Source: Octopus bimaculoides (Eukaryota). From it: a DNA stretch of 64,000 nt. Below are positions 51,573 through 64,000 of the stretch, piece after piece (the first letter of the stretch is position 1; the number at the start of each line of letters is the position of its first letter). The stretch covers positions 3,514,735 through 3,578,734 of the forward strand of contig NC_069001.1 in assembly GCF_001194135.2 (NCBI RefSeq), written 5' to 3'. Both the position numbers and the translations under genes were made by a program. A model generated the notes under the pieces. The model worked only from the letters and a program-made list of their open reading frames with translations. It was not told the DNA's origin and did no database searches.

Positions 51573-52946
51573 TCAGTTTCTGGGTAATATCACCCGAGAA
51601 TCCCTGGCATCTTTACAAAAAAGAACTCGAATGCCAATACTAAAATTGGTTGCCAGAGCACGAGACCCAAGTTTACTGAGGTGTATTCCATCTCTTGATA
51701 AATATTCCTTATTCACACCACCATCAGTCCAGAAAGCACTGTAATTGTCTAAGAATGCAAAACCACGAACCTGGCATGCACGCATGCAGCAACAATTTGT
51801 AACATTAGTTTTACGGTTCCATTCCCAAGACATTCCACTTCTAGGAAGAATGGAAGAAAACATGATTTTCGTCCCTTTTGGAACAGATAATTTAATTTGT
51901 TCCAACATTGCTCCAACTTTATGGGAAACCAGCTCTGCTGAACTTGTCTCAGCAAGATCATTGCCGCCAGCATGAACAATTATTCCTTTATAATCACCAT
52001 TCTTTGTCAGTTTAATCGCTTCTTCAGAAATTTTTTCAATACAAGCATTATTAAAACTCCTTATATCAATATGACTGATACTTTGCCGAGCCATGTTTTT
52101 CACACCACCTCCCCACACATGTTTAATAACTGAACAGCCAATGATAAGAACTTTATTACCAAATCCTTGTTCAAAGTTTGTGCCATTTTCTTGAATTCTA
52201 CAACAATTACTCTGTAAATGACTACACTCGTCTTTACTCCAAGACGATGATGCACATGAACTCAAACAATGCTGAGAACATGCCAGACTTGGACATGGAC
52301 TTGTTGATGATGTTCGGCGAGGAGATGGTACATACAAACTACTTTTGGGGTTGTTAAAGCAATCAGGACTAAAGTCTATCCAATCAGTAACATCTATCCC
52401 TGGAGGAGTTTGATGCTTTGGTGATGGTTCTGAACACTCCATAGAAATGTCAACTGCCTGACTGTGTTCAATATGGCTCTCTAAATATTCCACACAACCT
52501 TCCAGTTCATGACACTTCCATTTCAGTTCATTATTATCTTGATGCAATTTAGATATTTCTTGTTTCAATTCTTCATTGCAGTCCTCAAGAGATTTTATCT
52601 GTTTCCGTATGTGGTAAAGTCCTCCTTCAAGTCGACAAAGTCTACAAACAAGACTGAATTCTGGTTCATCCACGTTATTATCACGACTAACAATGTTATA
52701 TTCAGACAAACATGTGGAACATATTCTAGTGTTTGAACTGTTGGTTTGAGTACCGTTAGTCTGAACGTGTAAATCTGTGATAGATTTATCAGCACCCATC
52801 ACTTTGCTCGATGATTTGGAAAGATCTTTCAGTATGTGCAAATTATCAGAAATATGGTTGTGTGTAATCTCACAATTTTTAATTGAGTTTTCTGGAACAA
52901 GAAGAAAATTTTCAGAACAGTTTTGTTCCTTAGAGTTACAGCTCAT
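51573..52946 (-). CDS. Intact intronless ORF1p-like protein (457 aa): zinc finger + coiled coil + SGNH/GDSL esterase, non-LTR retrotransposon (CR1/L2/RTE-X type) derived
   Basis: The ORF is uninterrupted and bounded by an in-frame TGA two codons upstream of the ATG (TGA AAA ATG) and by TGA TAA at the end. CSTC (52710..52721) and CRLC (52635..52646) give CX2C-X21-CX2C. The heptads LYHIRKQ IKSLEDC NEELKQE ISKLHQD NNELKWK CHELEGC VEYLESH follow. SGNH blocks are VLIIGCSVIK (Ser codon 52131..52133), IIVHAGGNDL (51957..51968), IMFSSILPR, FLDNY and LSRDGIHLSKLG (51681..51692). Confidence 0.88.
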   Translation of the reverse strand: MSCNSKEQNCSENFLLVPENSIKNCEITHNHISDNLHILKDLSKSSSKVMGADKSITDLHVQTNGTQTNSSNTRICSTCLSEYNIVSRDNNVDEPEFSLVCRLCRLEGGLYHIRKQIKSLEDCNEELKQEISKLHQDNNELKWKCHELEGCVEYLESHIEHSQAVDISMECSEPSPKHQTPPGIDVTDWIDFSPDCFNNPKSSLYVPSPRRTSSTSPCPSLACSQHCLSSCASSSWSKDECSHLQSNCCRIQENGTNFEQGFGNKVLIIGCSVIKHVWGGGVKNMARQSISHIDIRSFNNACIEKISEEAIKLTKNGDYKGIIVHAGGNDLAETSSAELVSHKVGAMLEQIKLSVPKGTKIMFSSILPRSGMSWEWNRKTNVTNCCCMRACQVRGFAFLDNYSAFWTDGGVNKEYLSRDGIHLSKLGSRALATNFSIGIRVLFCKDARDSRVILPRN

Positions 52947-53058
52947 TTTTCACAAAGATATGTACTACATTGAGATTTTCATTTATTTTAACCAAATTAA
53001 TCCAGTGTGTAGTCTAACAATGAACTTGTTAGTGATGTCAAGTGTGGTAAAATGTTGG

Positions 53059-53062
<4 letters not shown>

Positions 53063-53097
<35 letters not shown>
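53063..53097. repeat. (AAT)n microsatellite upstream of the esterase ORF
   Basis: Direct reading. Confidence 0.95.
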
Positions 53098-53098
<1 letters not shown>

Positions 53099-54411
53099 TT
53101 GGTAAAATCCAATTCTCAATAACAAAGAAAAAATATTCCAGTGTCAGCCACTAGATAGACCAGAGAAGAACCGACTGACTTTACACACAATCAACTGTCT
53201 GCTATTTGTGTGCTTATCATTTCCAAACAATGGATGTTTTTATATATGTATTGTGTAGAAATAGTGAATTATAAAATAATGACAATCATTTCCACTGACA
53301 TATATCCATCAAGTAGTCTCAGCAATCTCCTGTTCAAGTGATATTGTAAAGGGTCTCTTAGCAACCCTGTGTTCAAGCAATGTTATACATGGGGTGTTGT
53401 AATATATAAATGTTGATGTATTGAATAGAAAGTAGTAAAGGGAATTCCATAACATATGATATATGATGGTGATATATTATTCCGGAAACGTTTTGGTCAA
53501 TCTGATGTAATTATTAGAAATAATCCATTAATTAGGGAAGCCAGACGTCGCCCATTTTTTTTTTTTTTAAGTTAACAAAATGAAAAGAGGCTGAAGAAGA
53601 GTTAGAAAGTCATTCAGTTGTTAAAGGTGAAATGTTTTCATTTCATACAAGGCAACTGAGAGAGAGAGGGAGAGAAAGAGCAAACACACTGCTTCACCGC
53701 TTGTCTCAGTTGTCTTGAATCAATATAAATAATAGCCGAGATGTGAAGATTAACTACATGGCAGTTTGTGCCCTTTAATCAGGTAAATAACTGTTCTTGA
53801 TTGGCAGCATACAACTAGAGCTGGGTTGAAACAGTGGGGTTAACCAGATTAGTATGCGTATTTATACAATTTCAACTGATTAGTGGTGACTGATTTAGTT
53901 TGCTCGAGATAATTCAGAGCAAAGCTAATAACTGGCTGCATGTGTTTGCAAATCAAACTACATCTACTGATAATATTCATTTTCACTAAATCCTAATACT
54001 GATGAATTAAAATTGCTGAGCCATGCAATCTGGATACGTCACTTTACACATCAATTCAGGTAGGACATCCTCACTGACAGTTTCCATCTGCTCAGTCCAG
54101 TAAGCAAACAGAGTATTTTAAATTACATTGGATATTTCACTGGAGTTGAATCAAAGAAGATACTCAGTGAAATGTCTAGAAAAGCTTACAACCTATATTT
54201 TCGTGAACAATAAACAAACCATGGCCTTTTTTTTTTAAAATNNNNNNNNNNNNNNNNNNNNNNNNNNNNNNNNNNNNNNNNNNNNNNNNNNNNNNNNNNN
54301 NNNNNNNNNNNNNNNNNNNNNNNNNNNNNNNNNNNNNNNNNNNNNNNNNNNNNNNNNNNNNNNNNNNNNNNTATATATATATATGTATGTATGTATGTAT
54401 TTGTATGCATA

Positions 54412-54444
<33 letters not shown>

Positions 54445-54533
54445 TTGTATGCATATATATCTGTGTGTGAGTGTATATATACGATACACACACACACAGT
54501 GAATGAGAAATTAGAAGACAAGGGATATGTGAA

Positions 54534-54599
<66 letters not shown>

Positions 54600-55119
54600 G
54601 ATTAAATCCAAAAGTAATTATACAGACCAACTTAAGATTAAAAAATAAACATTGATATTAACAATTGTTGATAAGATGAGAAATCCCAACAATGATATTA
54701 TATATATATTTATGTGTGTGTGTGTGTGTGTGTATCATGGATGATGATGTTGATGTATGTGTATTTATATACATATAAACATGAAAAAAAGAAACAAACT
54801 AACAAAAGAAGAATTGAATAGAATACTGACATTTGAGTAAGTATTGTTAATCTGTGAGTGGATATCTGCAGTTTGGAATTATTGCTGGAGAATCTTAGCC
54901 GATGTTATTACTAACATTAAATCTTGTTCTCTTTTAGTGTCAGCTAACCTCATTAGCAACAGAGAGTGTCTTGCTGTTAGGGAATTACAAGGGTACCAGC
55001 ATCTAGTTGTTTGTCTTGCTAAAAACAGCAGCTGAAATTACCTCACACCATTATCTATTATCATAATGAAAAAAAAACATGGGTATTTAGGATAATGTTA
55101 TTCTAGATATGCTATGATT

Positions 55120-55445
55120 CAATAAGACTAGGTGGTCATGGCTTGAGCATCTTGATCAGAGGTCTGCTGGATCAGCGCTGACAAAAGCAACTCTTCCAGT
55201 GATACCACACATCAGCAAAGAAGCACTTATGACATCACTTAACCTGTTAGAAATAGCGATCAAATCTCACCCTCCCAGCTTCGAAAAGAACGCTCAAATT
55301 AGATAATGCAGTTCTAAATGCACTAACTCTGAATTTATAAGAAAAATAAAAAGACAGGATAATCACAGCTGAATGAAAGCTGACCTAGGGCTAAACAGTA
55401 ATGACAACTGAGTCAAGAAATATGGGAGTTGTTTCTAGCAGGATG
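55120..55445 (-). mobile_element. Family D repeat copy
   Basis: cacttaacctgttagaaatagcgatcaaatctc..ataatcacagctgaatg..gacctagggctaaacag. Confidence 0.65.
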
Positions 55446-56939
55446 AATGACCATATAGAAGTCTTTCTTAATGGTTTATGCTTTGTTCATAAGACTGTCT
55501 CATACAAAATGAAAAAGACAACAAACCAATTAAAACTAGATTTACATTAATTATAAGTAACACTAACATCATTAAGTAGATGGTATGAGTGTGTGGGGGG
55601 GGGGGGGTTTAATGATGTCTAATTGATTTTTTTTTTTCTTACATAAAGATTTATTTTTATGTCATGTATCTGATTACTATTTATATATTATGTTCAGTTC
55701 ATTATAAAATTACCTAATTATTTAAGTTAATTTCTTGACTTCATCCATCTTCTTTTCTCTCCTCTCTTCCTAATGTTTACGACCACTTTCATTGAATGTT
55801 AGGTGGGTCCTCTCTCTCCTCCGTGATTGGTCTCTGAAGAGAATTCCCATCATGAAAATATGTTGGGGAAATGGTTTTTAACCTGAATGATGGGTTGTTG
55901 TGACAGGTGATCACTGTGGAGGGGGAGGTGCATTTCATGATGAGCTTCATTACACACCTTCTCCAGACTATCATTCTAGACAAGGTATGTAATGGAGGGG
56001 ATGTTGCAGAGGTAATGAAGTAGGCATTATGGTCGGGGAGGAGGGGGAGTGGCGGGCATTGTGGATGAGTTCAGGTCGATGTCAGTTAAGTATCTTGGTG
56101 AAGCACACAAAATAATGTATTGTACTTTGGTTTATGTAAAAAACTGTATAGTAGCAAATAGAGATTGATAAAATAAGTGCCAAAGTGAAAGAAGAATTGT
56201 GGTTGGCATGATCAACTAAAACCCTTCCATGATTTTAGTTGATTATATCAGGTTGGTGCAATAAGATATGTCACTATCACACATATAGTGTTGTTTTTTT
56301 GTAATCTCCCATTAAAAAAAAAAAAGACCTGACTAGGGATAATCTCACATTTGCTTGGAAACAAGTAAGGGTCAGAAACAGAAAGAGAGTTTGGCCAAAA
56401 ATCTGCCCCCAATGAATTTCACTTCACCTATGTGATGATGGAAAAATAGGTGTTCAAATGATGATGACATACATGTATGTATGTACGTACATATGTGTAT
56501 GTTAGTATGAGTGTATATATATGTGTATGTATGTGTGGATATACGTATGTGTGTATGCATGTGAGTATGTATGTACATATGCATAAATATATCTTAGTAA
56601 TAATGTTATAGTTTAAAAATCTGAAAAGAACAGGTATAAAAATGAAATAGAAAGGGGACAGAAAAAAAAAAGAAGAAAACTCTCATATTGGAGGAGAACT
56701 TAAGGTGATCTCTATTAATTTGCCTCTGGCAGCAGAGAGAAAATCTATGTCGAACACCTCTACAATGAAAGGAGATTATAGAGAATAAGCAAAAAGACAA
56801 GAAAACATATTTCTGCTGCTGGCTGTTGCTCCTGAGAACTGTGTAGCTTGCAGATACTGTGTAGGTTTTACATAAATATAACACATGTGTATATATGTAT
56901 AGACACACATACACAAGCATACATGTGTATAGGTGCAGA

Positions 56940-56974
56940 TATATATATACATACATACATACATATATATATAT

Positions 56975-57015
<41 letters not shown>

Positions 57016-57051
57016 GAGATAGATAGATAGATAGATAGATAAATAGATAGA

Positions 57052-57097
<46 letters not shown>
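56940..57097. repeat. Compound (TA)/(TACA)/(TAGA)/(TA) microsatellite
   Basis: Direct reading. Confidence 0.95.
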
Positions 57098-57101
<4 letters not shown>

Positions 57102-58254
57102 TGTTGAAGTAAAGTCATGTGACAAGTTACTAATGAGAGAGAGAGAGAAAGAAAAAGAGCATTTGTTTAGCTAGAGAATGAAATTTAAATTTTCTGAAAT
57201 ATATTTACATAAATAATTTAACAGTCGAATTTCATTTGCTTTTATTTACTTTTTTATCCTCTCCCACCTCTACGATACTAAATTCCCATTATTTAATTTG
57301 AATTTCCCAATGGCTTTTTTCTTTCTTTTTTTTTCCACCCTGTTATTGTTGATTTGTTTGATATTTTCCTAAACTGAAGAAAATGAGAGAGAAATAGAAA
57401 AAAAAAAAGATTTTTGACAATCAGACATCAATGTAAGAGAGTACAGAAACAATTTGAACAGACAGAGAGGGAGAGGGGAAAGAGAGTATTGAGAGGGAGG
57501 GAGGGAAGGAGAATCTTATTCTCTCTAGTTAAGCCAATAAGTTAAAACGGTTTAAGCTATAATGCATGAGTAGCAGCTAATATAATAGTGAAGTCCTTCA
57601 GCTTTATACAGATTACAATAACATACAGACACGTGCAAGCACGCGCACACGCAACCGTATCACACATGCGCACACAGCACACCTTCATTTAGAAGAATAC
57701 AAACACACGCACATCAGTGATTGATCTGTACCAAATAGATGCACAATGATGATTATACTATAGATATACATAAACACACACACACACACTAATGAATACA
57801 CCATACATAGATAAATATCTTTTTTTTTAAGCTTACTCAGCTGATGACTCTTTTCCAGAGACCGTGAGACTGGTGGGAGGGAGAGAGGAAGTTTTCCTCA
57901 GACCAGATACCTGACCTCCACTAAAGGTACCCAGGCACCAGGTGGTGACATTAAGCTAAACAATAAATTACTTCTATCACACAAAATAGACACAATACAC
58001 ACACACAATACATATACTTACAAACACAATTATATTCAGTCATTCACACAAACACACACACACTAATTAACAATACCACATACACACCTTTGCCTCTGGC
58101 TGCGAAATGCTACTTCACCAAACAACAGATAAGATGAAAAAATCAATAAAGACACTCTGTCATAAATAAGTAATTTATTCAACTTCAAAGCAATTCAGAA
58201 GATTTTTAACAGAAATTTTCTACCTGAATGAAGGTGTATTTCTAAAATTGTAAA

Positions 58255-58256
<2 letters not shown>

Positions 58257-58346
<90 letters not shown>

Positions 58347-58360
58347 TACATACATACATA
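58257..58360. repeat. Compound (CT)n(TA)n(CA)n microsatellite
   Basis: Direct reading. Confidence 0.95.
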
Positions 58361-58400
58361 TACAGAGAAAGAAATAGAAATTACACAATTACACTGTGTA

Positions 58401-58431
<31 letters not shown>

Positions 58432-58696
58432 TACATAATGTATAAATGTATATATAAGTGTATGCATATATATGCTTACATGTGTAAGGGTATATATATC
58501 ATTCCTGGGGTGACCTGTTCATAGGTACATGCTCAAGCTACTTAGAATAAAGAACTCCAAGTGAGAAGTCCGAGTGTCAATACATTTAACACATAACTGA
58601 GTCTAACAAAATACATACTCTGTTTTGCCCATGGGCTCTTCATGTGTGTTTGTGTGTGTGTGCACACGCATGTGTGTATCTTTTTACCTTTTATCT

Positions 58697-59042
58697 ATTA
58701 CTTGTTTCAATCATAAGACTGTGACCATGCTGGGACATTGCCTTGAAGAATTTTAGTCAAATGAATCAACCCCAGTATTTGTTATTTAATAAGCCTGGTA
58801 TTTATTCTATCTGTCTCTTTTGCCAAACTGTTAAGTTATGGGGACATGAACACACCAACACCAGTTGTCAATCAGTGGTGCAGGACAAAGATACACACAC
58901 ACACACACATGATACGCTTCTTTCAGTTTCTGTCTACCAAATCCACTCACACAGCTTAGGTCAGACCAAGATGCTTTGCAGTGGGACTGAACCCAGAACC
59001 ATGTGGTCGGGAAACAAACTTCTTACCACATAGCCAAGCCTG
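58697..59042 (-). mobile_element. Near full-length SINE family A copy with a short internal deletion
   Basis: It aligns with 28334..28703 along its length but lacks the tatagtagaagacacttgcccaagg segment. Confidence 0.88.
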
Positions 59043-59229
59043 TAAAATATAACCATTGTTTAAATGTGTATATGTGTACGTTTGGCGTTTATACATATTA
59101 TGTATAGCTTGCACTGCGAGACCCTCCTTTGATCAGCTGTCAGTTAAGATCACAATGAATTCAGCATTTTCTGAAGGTATTGCTCCTCCTTCCAGCTGTA
59201 CCAAGTACAACCAATGTCTGAGCTGGGTT

Positions 59230-59560
59230 TTTGTTTTTTGTTTGCCCACAATAGCACACTCCCTCTCCCACCACCATTACTCTTACATCCATCACACCAA
59301 TCCAGGTGCAGCTGTGACTACTCCAACCATACACAGACTATTTGTTTTACTATTCACTGAAGGTTTGTTCTTTGCTCTCAACATTGGTCTATCTCTCTCA
59401 TATATATCTGCCATACCCATGATGAAGCATTTTCTGCTTCTCTCCCCATTTCACTAATTTCTGTTCTGCTGCCCTTTCTAAGTCCAATACTAGCCAGGTA
59501 AGACAAATCCATGACATCTTCCCTCAAATGGAAGTACCATACACTTCTACCCATTGTACC
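59230..59560 (-). mobile_element. Probable decayed RTE LINE RT-region fragment
   Basis: The minus strand gives DLSYLASIGLRKGSRTEISEMG, similar to F.YLGS.I...G....EI..R; the flanks are purine-rich and degenerate. Confidence 0.35.
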
Positions 59561-61335
59561 TCACATCAAAAATATCATTGGCATTTTCATATAATTTACT
59601 TTATCAATCTATAAAATTTGCTTTTTGTCTATGATTTAAACATTCCGAGAAAAAAAAAATTAATTTTTTTAGCTTTTATATTTTTGAGTTTTGCTTGAAT
59701 AATTACATTTTTTTTCCTGTAAAAAGCACTGCCTGTAAAAGGAGTGGACTAGCAAGGAAAATGCATCTGAAGGAATGATAACATTCTTAATTGAACCTAC
59801 CATAATAATGAATTGAAGAAAAAGGTAGTTATCGATATGCTAGTTTAAGTCTTGCAAGGCATAGCATTTGGTAACAACCCAGCCCAGAGTTAGAAGTGAA
59901 GCCATAAGATGCAGTAGAGTGGATGTAGGATCTCAGTGAAAGGGTCAGCTACTGACCAATGATAACACACACAGCACTGGGCAAAAGCCAGGATCATGAA
60001 GCTCCCAAAGCATATTACTGCTTAACATATATTAGGTCCTGTGTTGATGGGTGAAGCTAGCAAATCATTTAAATGGCTGTCACTAAAATCAAATCTTCAT
60101 CCCACTTTACCTTTCATGTAGATAACCGAGGGCCAGGTTCTGTTGCAGGACTGGCAATGGACCAGCATTCTAAACAATCAGCAACAATGCTAAAAGTATT
60201 GAAGTCAAATAAGCTCAACAAAAGGTCACATTATAACAGCCACAGGACATCATCACAGACAATTGTCAGTCAACTAATCTAGCTGACAGAAGACGTCAAC
60301 TAGATTAGAGAAAAGCAGGAAAGATATCCTATATCCTGCCTAATGTGGCACACACTAAGAAAGTTCTTGAAATTGCCAAATTTTGATTTTTAAAGATATT
60401 TTTTTATAAATAAATACTTCAATATTCCAATATACACACACAGAAGAAACTTAAGACATGCACCTACATCTTTTTTCTCACTTTGTGTGTGTGTGTGTGT
60501 GTGGTATTTTTCTATAACAAAGAAAAGGTCTCTAGCAAAGAAACGAGGCTCCATTTCGGGAATTTTTCATGATAATGTATGTATATATGTGTATGCATAC
60601 AGACACATACACATACACACACAGGTGGATTTGCAAACAAGAGGAGAAAGTATTCAATACTGAATATTGTGATTCTTCACTGATCCATGCAGAATCACAA
60701 AACTGAGCAGCAACGTTACACACACATGAAGGTGACAAATTCTTTCTGACCCATTCGAGCATGGAAAATGGATGTTAATTGATGATGGTGATGATGATGT
60801 ATGCGCGCGCACACACACACACACACACACAGAATTTAGATGTTATGTAGCTTGTTTCAGCCATCCTTGCCAAGGCCATGCTATAGCACACCATCTTCAA
60901 AAACACTATCTGTAGAAAATAAATTTCAAAAGGAAAAAGAATACAAAACTACAGCAGCAAACTATTTAAGAATTTAGTGAATTTGCAATATTGTAAACAC
61001 GGTAAATAAGATGAGTATTTTGAAGAATGAGAGGCTCCAAAATGTCTAGAGACTATTTGAGTAACAGTTACATAGAAATCCCAATAAACTGTGGACATGA
61101 AGGAAAAGATTGCATATGGCAGCATTTACTTTAATTAACAACTATGGCAGAGTTAAAAAAATAATAAATAAAAACACACACAGTTCTTATCATACAGAAT
61201 ATTTATGGGCTTTTTAAAAAAAAACAATACCAATAAAATTAAGATCATGAATAAATTACATGAAATCAATGTAATAAGCTTCGTTAAGCCAACACAGTAT
61301 CTTAGATAAATTGGGAGATTAAGAAAGAGTTTGAC

Positions 61336-61373
<38 letters not shown>

Positions 61374-62399
61374 GAACAAGCTGACTTTGCAAGTTAGGAT
61401 TTATAGTTAGAAATCTTTATAAAGACAAAAGTGGGTGATAACAGTGTATCTTGATTGATAAAATGGCTGACCCTTGAGTAAGTACTTAAAGTACATCAAT
61501 AAATTAAGATTTAAGATATATCTATTTTTTCCTTCTGTTTTTAATTTATTTCCAAGCAGTATGGCATTGATGAAAGAGGAACCTTGAAGTTTTGTAGCTA
61601 TCCAGAAAGAATTAGTTCAATTTTGTCTGTTAAATGACAACTTAATTATTCTGCTTCAAATGATGGAAGAGCTAAGGTTGAACTGTAGTTGTTGGTCAGC
61701 TGCACAATCTTGGTCTTGTCTTCTTGGCTCTGGTCAAACAAAGCTTCTTCACAGAGTTGACCAGATAAATCAAACAACAGTGCACAAGACATGGTGAATT
61801 TGTAAAATATGTTTAAGTTCAATTGTCATAAGAAGTGAAAAGTCTAACATCATACAAAGACAAAGGCATTGCTGGTCTGAATATAGGCCTACAACCAAGC
61901 CAATAATACCTTTGCACTTTTGTCTTCCTCTATTTTCTGTTGAAAGAAGAGCCCAAAATGTTAGACTTTTATCTCCTCATGGCAATTGAACTAATTGATA
62001 TTTTGTTCACTATCCTATTGACTAATTGTTGTCAGCACAGACCCTCACCTGTTTCCTTCTATTCTGGATCGATAAGACATAAGGTTTACTATTTTTAACT
62101 AGTTTCACAGCCACTGAATGTTACTGAATGTGAAGGCTCACACATTACACAGGAACTCCCTGAACTCAACCATCATCACCTTAAATAATCTTTTGGTAGT
62201 TCAGAGATGGAGAAGGAATCAGCTAGAATGAGGGCAATATAAGCATTCAAAAGCTGAGTGAACAAGCACTTCCAACATATATGAATGTGTAGTAGTAGAG
62301 TCTACAAATGTTTTGAGCCAATAAATTTAACATAACTTTTACTTACCAGAGTGTCTGACTGGAAGTAGCTTTCAGGTAAAGAAGTACTAATACTGTGGA

Positions 62400-62445
<46 letters not shown>

Positions 62446-63119
62446 NNNNNNNNNNNNNNNNNNNNNNNNNNNNNNNNNNNNNNNNNNNNNNNNNNNNNNN
62501 NNNNNNNNNNNNNNNNNNNNNNNNNNNNNNNNNNNNNNNNNNNNNNNNNNNNNNNNNNNNNATATATATGTATATATATACACACACACCTCAAGCTAAC
62601 TAAAATCAAAGCTACATAGGTATATAAATATAAAAATCCAGCATCATAAAATTGTATACTACCACAAAAAAATAATTAAAAAAATTCTTTTATATATTTT
62701 TAAAGAAACTTAGGCTACACACACAAAAAAATATATATATATAATTGTTTTAATATTTTATTTGTTTGCTTTATATGTAATGGCATTCTGAAAGTCTCTT
62801 GTTATGTTTTGTTTTGTTTTTTTCTCTTTCATTTAAAACTATTTCTTTAGAATCTTTCCTTAATCTAATACTAGCTGCTATCTAACAAAAATCATCAGCT
62901 GAAATTAGCTATTAGAACAATTAGAAATGTAAACAGATCAATAGAATCAAGATTTAGTAGTCATTTTGTTTGCACAAAAACTGAAATTGTAGAGAAAGGT
63001 CTAACAAATCACAGATACATTCTAAGGAATGGCAAAAAAAAATAGCTAAGACATCACAAAGTCATGTCAAAGTTTAATAAAGCACTGTGATAGATACTAC
63101 CATCCTTTCTACTTAAAGA

Positions 63120-63640
63120 GAGAGGTTCAACATACTCACATGTTGCTAGAAATAGAAACCAAATCTCTCAAGTTACACCCTACTGTCTTTATAGAAAAAA
63201 AGCAATGCACTGCATTATGTAGTCCTGGATACACTATGATTGAATAAAAATCATGATGATCGTGACTGAAACACTTTCAGTCATAAGTCCACTGGATTTG
63301 GATTGATGGAAGGGAAGGGGTTAAACAATTACATTAAATTACATTCCGATAAAGAACCCACCACACAGATATATGACCTGCTAGAAATGGAAGTTAAATC
63401 TTCCTCAACTTACACCCTTTGTCTCAACAAAAAAAATGGAGCATGTTAGATGAATTGCTCTTCATCGTTTTAATGTCTACTTTCCCAAGCTTGCATGGGT
63501 CAGAGAAGCAGAATTTTCTACAGCTGGATGTAAAATAGAAGTATAGTGTTCCAAAGTTGTACTTGCATGGCAATGAATTTCAGATGGGACTGAGCATGGA
63601 AACTGACACAATTTCATTGTGGCTGAGTCATGATAACCAC
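63120..63640 (-). mobile_element. Family D fragments (about 63120..63270, 63370..63460) and a SINE family C fragment (about 63460..63540)
   Basis: gttgctagaaatag..ccaaatctctc; gacctgctagaaatgg; catcgttttaatgtctactttcc..ttctacagctggatg. Confidence 0.6.
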
Positions 63641-64000
63641 ACATATACCATTATTTTCAAAATTTTCTCATAAAATTCTGTACTATCAAGAAATAAGGTA
63701 CTGCAGACAAAAACAAAGCCTCACCACTACCACCAGCACCACCACCACCACCACCACCAGCTCACCACTGCCAGAATAACAAAAACATGATGTAAGAAAA
63801 TTGTATGTGTCAATGGTAAAATACTGTATGTGTTGCCATAGTTATTCATTGATCGTTCCTACAATAAACAAACAGACAATAATGGTGATTGCTAAGACCT
63901 AAATTAACGTCTCAAGACTATACCAGTTTACTAGTCATCTTTGTGATTAAATGATCAATCTAGCTGAATGACTCTTGTTCCGTAAACAGCACTGTTCTAA

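Noticed and set aside
51559-53064. Short ORFs overlapping the esterase ORF (51559..51744, 51745..51975, 51749..51979, 52509..52736, 52595..52795, 52777..53064)
   Set aside because: These are antisense or alternate-frame shadows of the 457-aa ORF with no recognisable motifs.
57841-57870. CTGATGA followed by a ctct/agag stem
   Set aside because: No GAAA follows stem II, so it is not a hammerhead.

Overview
This is AT-rich, CpG-poor eukaryotic genomic DNA from a gapped assembly: 8 N-runs, most of them flanked by (TA)n or (CT)n. The repeat content (several tRNA-headed SINE families, decayed RTE LINE ends, dense CA/TA/GA/AAT/GAT microsatellites) looks like a coleoid cephalopod, most likely Octopus; this is inferred from remembered repeat sequences, not from a search. 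There are no prokaryotic features, CRISPR arrays, rRNA genes or true tRNA genes, and I could not assemble a multi-exon host gene. Nearly all ORFs in the supplied track are microsatellite, gap or repeat artefacts. The one convincing coding sequence is an intact, intronless 457-aa ORF at 51573..52946 (-). It has a CX2C-X21-CX2C zinc finger, a seven-heptad coiled coil and an SGNH/GDSL esterase domain (GCS, HAGGND, DGIH), the architecture of non-LTR retrotransposon ORF1p. It has no intact ORF2 behind it, only a possible short endonuclease-like relic, so it is a candidate domesticated ORF1 gene. Other notable items are a minimal type I hammerhead ribozyme-like motif with a variant core in a young Penelope-like fragment inserted into a SINE together with an exact 175-bp copy of nearby DNA, a decayed Ty3/Gypsy pol with an internal RT deletion, three fold-back structures, an RTE LINE/SINE pair sharing a 3' tail, and several minisatellites.
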